Source: Trebonia sp. (GTDB lineage: Bacteria > Actinomycetota > Actinomycetes > Streptosporangiales > Streptosporangiaceae). From it: a stretch of 63,757 nt of DNA. A program made the position numbers and the translations under genes. The stretch is from assembly GCA_036509215.1 (NCBI GenBank), contig DATCGA010000501.1, positions 1 through 63,757 of the forward strand, written 5' to 3'. Position 1 is the stretch's first letter. Every line of letters begins with the position of its first letter. The notes beneath the pieces are model-generated. The model saw only the letters and a program-made list of their open reading frames with translations, had not been told where the DNA came from and searched no databases. This document shows, one piece after another, positions 58,094 to 63,757 of this stretch.

Positions 58094-60622
58094 CTACCCG
58101 AGCGGCGAGGCCATCCACACCGTGTAGGAGACGGGCCAGTTCCCGGCCGGCGGCCCGGTCAGCACCTCGGCGTCGCCGGTCGTTCGCAGCGAGACGACAC
58201 GGCGCGGCACCGCCCCGAACAGCGACACCGCCGCGCGGGACGAGCCGAGCAGCACCGGGCGGCGGCCCGCGTGCTCGATCGAGGTCGCCACCCGCTCGAC
58301 CCCGGTGGGGGACGAGCCCGCCTCCATCGTCGCCGTCGGCACCCCGCAGAGCACCCGGACGGTCGGCGCGAAGGCGGCCGCGGTCGAGGCGTTGACGAAC
58401 ACCACGCTCGCGGTCGGCCCGATCGAAGCGCACAGCGAGACGGCGGCCGCGGCCGACCCGCGGTAGGCCGACGCCGCGCCGACGCCGCGCAGCCGGACCC
58501 GGCTCACGAACTTCGACACTCCGGACGAGTAGCCGCCAACCGACGTGCGCGGCACCATCCCGGGGTTGAGCGAGGTCACCGCCGGCGGGATCGCCAGCGC
58601 CAGCACGCAGCAGATCGCGACCAGGGTGACCGTCAGCCGCGATGAGCCGAGCACCGCCGCCCGCACGGTCACTCGCGAGCAAAGCCAGACCGCGAGCAGC
58701 ACGAGGCCCGGCAGCACCACCGGCACCAGCCGATGCGAGGCCCACGGCTGCCACGGCGCCACCGCCGGATCCCAGAGCACGGTGCCCACCGACCAGACGA
58801 CGATCAGGAACGGCAGCCCCAACAGCCGCGCCGCCACAATCGACGACCGCCCGTAGGTCACCGCCCGCACCAGTCGGCGCCCCAGCACCGCCGTAGCGGC
58901 GCAGGCCAGCAGCACGGCAGGCAGCCCGAGGTACCACAGGACCCAGGTGAAGCTCTGCTCGTAGTACTGCCGCCTGCCGTCCACCGGGAGCCCGGCCAGT
59001 CGCTGCAGCGCGACGACCTCCCGGACCAGGACCGGATTGGTCTGGCCGACGACGGTCTGGACGAACGGCCGGAAGGCCAGCACGATGAGCGCGATCACCG
59101 GCAGCGCCACCGCCATCCCCTGGACGATCATCGCCAGCGACGGCAGGGAGATCTCCTCTCCCGCCAGACCGACCGCGCGCAGCCGCCGGGTGAACACGCG
59201 CCGCACCCGGGCGCGCACCTCCGGGACGGCGAGGGGAGCGATCAGCGCCGTCGCCAGGCCGAACGCGGCGGCGGCGAGACCGAACACATGCAGTTCGCTC
59301 GAGACCGTCGACAGGTAGGAGCGCCCCAATGTCAGCGCCGCCGCCAATCCGATGGCTATGCCGAGGAACAGCCCGATCCCGAACGGCGCCGCCTGGCGTC
59401 GCCGTGCCACGAACAGCCACGCGAGCACCGGGAAGGCCGGCAGCAGGATGCTCAGCGACCCGATCCAGGTCAGCACCGTCAGCCCGAGCGCCAGCCCGCC
59501 CAGCCCGGCCAGCGCCATCCCCCCGCCGAGGACGCCGAATGAGTCGATGAACATGCACAGCCCGCCGAACAGCAGCACCTGGACCAGGGGCTCGCTGAAC
59601 GGCGTCCGCGACACGTAGATCTCGGGCAGCGAGACCGCGAGCACCAGCGCCCCGACCGGCGCCCATCGCCCCCCGACCAGCCGGCCCACGACCCCGCCGA
59701 ACGACAGCACCGCGCAGCCGCCTAGCACCGCCGGCATCAGCAGCGCGCCGCCGAGCCCGTGCAGCCACGTCCCGGCCGCGAGCACCAGCGGCAGCCCCGG
59801 CAGGAACGACGGCGTGAGGACCCCGCCGGACACGTAGAACCCCGGACTCGCGAAAACCAGCCCGCCGGAGCTCCCGAACGACGCCGCCGACGTCGGGATC
59901 CGCGCGGTCCCGTGCTCGGCAATCCAGTACGCGTACTGCAGGTAGACGCTCGGGTCGCCGGCGCCGAAGAGCTGCTGGGACCTGAACGCCGCCTGCCACA
60001 GCCCGAACCCGGCCGCGATCGCGATCGTGGCCAGCAGCGCGCCGACCGGCACGCCGACCCGCCGGCCGTCGGCGTCAGGGCCGTCGGCGGGCGCAGCATC
60101 AGCCGCCAGGTCCTGCCTCCCGAACTGCGGCCACTGCACCGGCAGTCCGCGCATCCCGAAGTAGCACAGCGCCACCGTGAGCGGCACGAAGATGATCAGC
60201 ACCGGCAGCGGCAGCAGGCGTCCGGCCAGCAGCATCCCGGTCCCGGGCACGAGCAGCGCGATCGCCAGCAAGGCCGGCGCCATCGTGAGGACCCCGAACA
60301 CTCGCCCGGGCAGCCACCAGTACCGCTCGGCCAGCCGCTCGCCTTCCTCCACCACGCGCCGGTAAGACCGGTGCAGAGCGAGGAGGCCGTTGGCAACCGC
60401 GGGCGGGAATGAAAGCAGCGGCGGCGGCTTCTGCTCTATCTCATCCCGAACGGACCCTTCGCCAGGCCTGGCCGCGTCAGCTTCCCCAGTGACCGGGCCG
60501 GCCCCGCCCGGGGCGTCAGCCTCAGGCTTGTCCGCTGGGGACGTCGTGTCCTCCCGGACTCGCACGGCGGGCAGTCGTAGACGCACAGACCCCACTGTAG
60601 AAGAAGAACCTGTGCGAACCAT
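58094..60622 (-). CDS. Large polytopic membrane protein, GT-C glycosyltransferase-like
   Basis: GDPSVY, FLPGLP, RTPFSEPL, RLVPVVLP; many TMs. Start is uncertain. Confidence 0.7.
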   Translation of the reverse strand: MVRTGSSSTVGSVRLRLPAVRVREDTTSPADKPEADAPGGAGPVTGEADAARPGEGSVRDEIEQKPPPLLSFPPAVANGLLALHRSYRRVVEEGERLAERYWWLPGRVFGVLTMAPALLAIALLVPGTGMLLAGRLLPLPVLIIFVPLTVALCYFGMRGLPVQWPQFGRQDLAADAAPADGPDADGRRVGVPVGALLATIAIAAGFGLWQAAFRSQQLFGAGDPSVYLQYAYWIAEHGTARIPTSAASFGSSGGLVFASPGFYVSGGVLTPSFLPGLPLVLAAGTWLHGLGGALLMPAVLGGCAVLSFGGVVGRLVGGRWAPVGALVLAVSLPEIYVSRTPFSEPLVQVLLFGGLCMFIDSFGVLGGGMALAGLGGLALGLTVLTWIGSLSILLPAFPVLAWLFVARRRQAAPFGIGLFLGIAIGLAAALTLGRSYLSTVSSELHVFGLAAAAFGLATALIAPLAVPEVRARVRRVFTRRLRAVGLAGEEISLPSLAMIVQGMAVALPVIALIVLAFRPFVQTVVGQTNPVLVREVVALQRLAGLPVDGRRQYYEQSFTWVLWYLGLPAVLLACAATAVLGRRLVRAVTYGRSSIVAARLLGLPFLIVVWSVGTVLWDPAVAPWQPWASHRLVPVVLPGLVLLAVWLCSRVTVRAAVLGSSRLTVTLVAICCVLALAIPPAVTSLNPGMVPRTSVGGYSSGVSKFVSRVRLRGVGAASAYRGSAAAAVSLCASIGPTASVVFVNASTAAAFAPTVRVLCGVPTATMEAGSSPTGVERVATSIEHAGRRPVLLGSSRAAVSLFGAVPRRVVSLRTTGDAEVLTGPPAGNWPVSYTVWMASPLG

Positions 60623-60663
60623 TCAGGACTATGCAAGCCGCCCATCGGCGCACACTGAACCTT

Positions 60664-61254
60664 ATGGAGCTGTTCACGAATTGGCACACTTGGCAGCGGA
60701 CGGAACCGGAGCTGCGCCGCCTGCTGCCCGCGCCCGACGCCGACGCGGTGGCGATGGCGGTGGAGTTCGCCGTCCGCTATCACGGCGCCCAGACGCGCCC
60801 CACCGGGGCGCCGTACGCCGAGCATCTGCTCGAGGCGCTTGAGGTCCTGGTGCGCGGGGCGGGCGTCACCGACCCCGAGATCCTGCAGGCGGCCGTGCTC
60901 CACGACGTCGTGGAAGACACCCCGTGCACGATCGACGACGTCCGCCGCGCGTTCGGCGGCCGGGTGGCGGTGCTGGTCGGCTGGGTGACCAAGCCGGAGC
61001 CGGAGGACGGCGCCGACCCCAAGGCGGTCAAGGAGGCGTACCTGGAGCGTCTGCGGGACGCGCCCGACGACGCGATCGTGGTGAAGCTGGCCGACCGGGC
61101 ATCCAACGTCCAGACGCTGCGCAAGCTCGGGCTGCCCAAGCAGCGCTCGTACTACGCGCAGACCGTCCGGTACATCATGCCGCTGGCCGCTCAACGGGAA
61201 TGGTGGGCCGACTGGTACTCAAGCTGGCAGCAGTCCCACCGGGATCTGGCGTAG
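60664..61254 (+). CDS. Stand-alone HD domain protein, RelA/SpoT hydrolase-like
   Basis: YHGAQTRPTGAPYAEHL, AAVLHDVVEDT, VKLADRASN. Confidence 0.85.
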   Translation: MELFTNWHTWQRTEPELRRLLPAPDADAVAMAVEFAVRYHGAQTRPTGAPYAEHLLEALEVLVRGAGVTDPEILQAAVLHDVVEDTPCTIDDVRRAFGGRVAVLVGWVTKPEPEDGADPKAVKEAYLERLRDAPDDAIVVKLADRASNVQTLRKLGLPKQRSYYAQTVRYIMPLAAQREWWADWYSSWQQSHRDLA

Positions 61255-62413
61255 CCGGCCCGCCGGCCGCCTGGCCTCCGACCCGCACCGCGAACAGCCA
61301 GATCGCCAGCGCGGCCGGGTAGATGAAGTAGCCGAACCTGGTCGACGGCGCCAGCACGAACATCAGCGTCATCGCCCCGGCCAGCAGCACGACCGCGCGC
61401 GAAACCGTCCGCGGCGGCCGGAACACCAGCGACAGCGCGACCGCCGCGGCGGCCAGCACCAGCAGCGCGACCACGATCGTGTGCCCGGCCGAGTGCCAGG
61501 TCGCCGCGATCACGTGCCCGAGCAGCGGGCTCGAGGCCGCGGACTGGACGCTGGCGAGCCCCAGCGGGAACCGGATCGTGTTGTCCACCAGGGACTTCGG
61601 GTGGACGGCGAACGGGCCGACGCAGACCGCGACGACGCCGAGCGCGGCCACGATGAACGCCCAGGCCGACTTCCTGCCGTCGCGGACCGCGATCAGCACG
61701 ACTGCCACCACCAGGGCGGGCCACGCGGTCGCCTTCATCGCCGAGGCGACGCCGAGCGCCAGGCCCGCCAGGACCGCGAGGTTGACCGAGGTCGGACGGC
61801 GGTAGAGCAGGGCGAACCCGAGGCACAGGAACCCGACCATCGGCACGTCGGTGCCGCCGACGGCGAGCTCGAACGCGATCACCGGGCTGCCCGCGACCAG
61901 GACCGCCCAGCGGCCCGGATCCGTGGCGCCGCCCTGCCGGAGCGCCAGCCAGAACACGACGAAGAAGACGACGCCGAACCAGATCCTCGGGTCGGTCAGC
62001 AGCCCGCCGTCGAAGATCGCGCGGGGCAGCCCGAACAGCGCCATCACCGGCAGATAGGGGTTGTAGGCGTTGGGGTTAGTGGTGGCCGCCAGCGCGGCCG
62101 TGCTCGCGTACGGCGTGCCCTGGTGGATCAGCATCGACCCGGACCGGGCGACCACCCACACCTCGGGCTGTTCCAGCCCCTTGGCCGCCATCCAGGTGAG
62201 CGGCGCAAGCAGCGCCCCGACGAACGAGAACCCGAGCGCCACGTCGGAAACGCGTGCGTTCCTGACCGCGAGGACGGCGAGCAGCGCCAGCCCGTACCCG
62301 CAGGCCGCCATCACGCCCCAGAGCCGGTGCACGGAGTCGGAGCTGAAGGTCGCGACCAGAACCGCCCAGATCACGGATACGGCAAAGATGCCGGCCAGCC
62401 AGCGGCGACGCAT
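61175..62413 (-). CDS. GT87-like membrane glycosyltransferase
   Basis: YNPYLP, GGTDV, AMKATAWP, TRFGYFIYP; multiple TMs. Confidence 0.75.
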   Translation of the reverse strand: MRRRWLAGIFAVSVIWAVLVATFSSDSVHRLWGVMAACGYGLALLAVLAVRNARVSDVALGFSFVGALLAPLTWMAAKGLEQPEVWVVARSGSMLIHQGTPYASTAALAATTNPNAYNPYLPVMALFGLPRAIFDGGLLTDPRIWFGVVFFVVFWLALRQGGATDPGRWAVLVAGSPVIAFELAVGGTDVPMVGFLCLGFALLYRRPTSVNLAVLAGLALGVASAMKATAWPALVVAVVLIAVRDGRKSAWAFIVAALGVVAVCVGPFAVHPKSLVDNTIRFPLGLASVQSAASSPLLGHVIAATWHSAGHTIVVALLVLAAAAVALSLVFRPPRTVSRAVVLLAGAMTLMFVLAPSTRFGYFIYPAALAIWLFAVRVGGQAAGGPATPDPGGTAASLSTSRPTIPVERPAA

Positions 62414-62493
62414 GGCGGCCGGTGACTCCCACGCGGCACCAAGCCGACCGCCACCCATATCCATCAGATAGTACGCGAGTAGCATGCGTGACC

Positions 62494-63249
62494 ATGGGTC
62501 GACTTGAGGGTAAGGCCGCCATTATCACCGGTGGTGAGGGGTCAATTGGAATGGCGACCGCGCGGGCCTTCATCGCCGAGGGCGCGCGGGTTCTGCTGGC
62601 CGGCGTCCGCGAGCCGGACCTGAGGGCGGGCGCGGCCGAACTGGGCGAGCGGGCCGCCTGGAAGGTGACCGATGTCACCGACTCGGCTCAGGTTAAGGCG
62701 GCGGTAGAGGCGGCCGCGGGGCAATTCGGGCGGCTGGACGTGGTCGTCGCCAACGCGGGCATCGCCGGCCCGACCGAGCCGATCGCCGACTACCCGGAGG
62801 ACGCCTTCGACCAGACCCTCGCGGTCCACGTGCGCGGGGCCTTCCTGCTCTGCAAGCACGCGGTCCCGCACCTGACCGCCGGCGGCTCCATCATCATCAC
62901 CTCGAGCGTGGTCGGCCTGACCGCCGCGCCGCACATCGCCGGGTACTCGACCGCCAAGCACGCCCAGGTCGGGCTGATGCGGACGCTCGCGGCGGAGCTC
63001 GCGCCGCGCGCCATCCGGGTCAACACCATCCATCCGGGGCCGGTCGACAACGAGTTCCAGCACCGCGTCGAAGAGGCCGCCACCGGTGCGGACCGCGCCA
63101 CCGCCCGCACCATCTTCGACCAGATGATCCCGCTCGGCAGGCACGCCGCCCCGGACGAGATCGCGCGCGCCATGGTCTTCCTCGCCAGCGACGACAGCTC
63201 GTTCATGACCGGCGCGACGCTACCGGTCGACGGCGGCATGTCCAGCTGA
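62494..63249 (+). CDS. Short-chain dehydrogenase/reductase
   Basis: ITGGEGSIG, NAGI, YSTAK, NTIHPG, VDGG. Confidence 0.93.
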   Translation: MGRLEGKAAIITGGEGSIGMATARAFIAEGARVLLAGVREPDLRAGAAELGERAAWKVTDVTDSAQVKAAVEAAAGQFGRLDVVVANAGIAGPTEPIADYPEDAFDQTLAVHVRGAFLLCKHAVPHLTAGGSIIITSSVVGLTAAPHIAGYSTAKHAQVGLMRTLAAELAPRAIRVNTIHPGPVDNEFQHRVEEAATGADRATARTIFDQMIPLGRHAAPDEIARAMVFLASDDSSFMTGATLPVDGGMSS

Positions 63250-63757
63250 CAGGCCGTTGGCCGACCAGCCGACGACCCAGTCCCGCGCGTTCAGCCACCA
63301 CAGGTAGACGGTGAGGGCCGGGTAGACGACGATCAGCCCCCCGGCGGCGGCGGCGATGCCCACCACGATCATCCGCCCCTCCCAGCCGAGGCCGCGCCGG
63401 TCAATGCCGGACGCCAGGCCGCAGCGGACCCGGTAGGCCAGATCCAGGTGGCGGAACCCGGCCGCGGCGACCAGCGCGAACGTCCACGGCGGCCACAGCC
63501 TGAGGGCGAACCCGGCCTCGGCCAGGAACACGTACTCGGCCGCCTGGATCAGCGGGGGGACCAGCCAGTCGCCGCGCCCGCTGTGCGCGTGCCAGGAGCC
63601 GAACGAGGCCAGCAGCATGGCCTCGACCGGGGTGAGGAGCAGGATGCCGGGCAGGTTCCGCAGTCCGAGCGCGGCCAGCACCCCGGTCACCAGCAGCCCT
63701 ACCAGCAGCGGGGCCAGGGGCGGGATCCGGCCGCGCACCCACCCGCCGATCCAGACC
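63220..63757 (-). CDS. DUF5941-like membrane protein (5' partial)
   Basis: GRGDWLVPPLIQAAEY, HLDLAYR, GLGWEGR; frame is open to the window end. Confidence 0.7.
   Translation of the reverse strand, partial: VWIGGWVRGRIPPLAPLLVGLLVTGVLAALGLRNLPGILLLTPVEAMLLASFGSWHAHSGRGDWLVPPLIQAAEYVFLAEAGFALRLWPPWTFALVAAAGFRHLDLAYRVRCGLASGIDRRGLGWEGRMIVVGIAAAAGGLIVVYPALTVYLWWLNARDWVVGWSANGLSAGHAAVDR

Overview
High-GC actinobacterial chromosome segment, judged from the mycothiol-dependent formaldehyde dehydrogenase, F420-type PPOX, conservon remnant and GT-C enzymes. The first ~34 kb is mostly housekeeping or stress genes: a 4-gene FtsX-type ABC system, mscR, an L,D-transpeptidase, NfeD/flotillin, rnhA, ppk2, maf and soxR. 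It also holds a small cluster of orphan immunity-like genes at 10.4-12.3 kb. From ~34.5 kb to 57.9 kb is a patchy accessory region with small hypotheticals, pseudogenes, an orphan membrane-fused CbbX, a truncated conservon next to an orphan pstS, and a low-GC HAD gene. This region ends at an initiator tRNA-Met (57931-58007, minus strand). The most striking structure is next to this tRNA: two stacked ~2 kb modules with no integrase. Each has the layout [12-bp-period repeats][one cargo gene][shared 13-bp motif][convergent toxin-antitoxin pair][tRNA-Met 3' end]. A 79-bp direct repeat containing the tRNA 3' half flanks the tRNA-proximal module. Envelope glycosyltransferase genes follow. All protein calls come from motif recognition by eye; no searches were run, and start codons were chosen manually.
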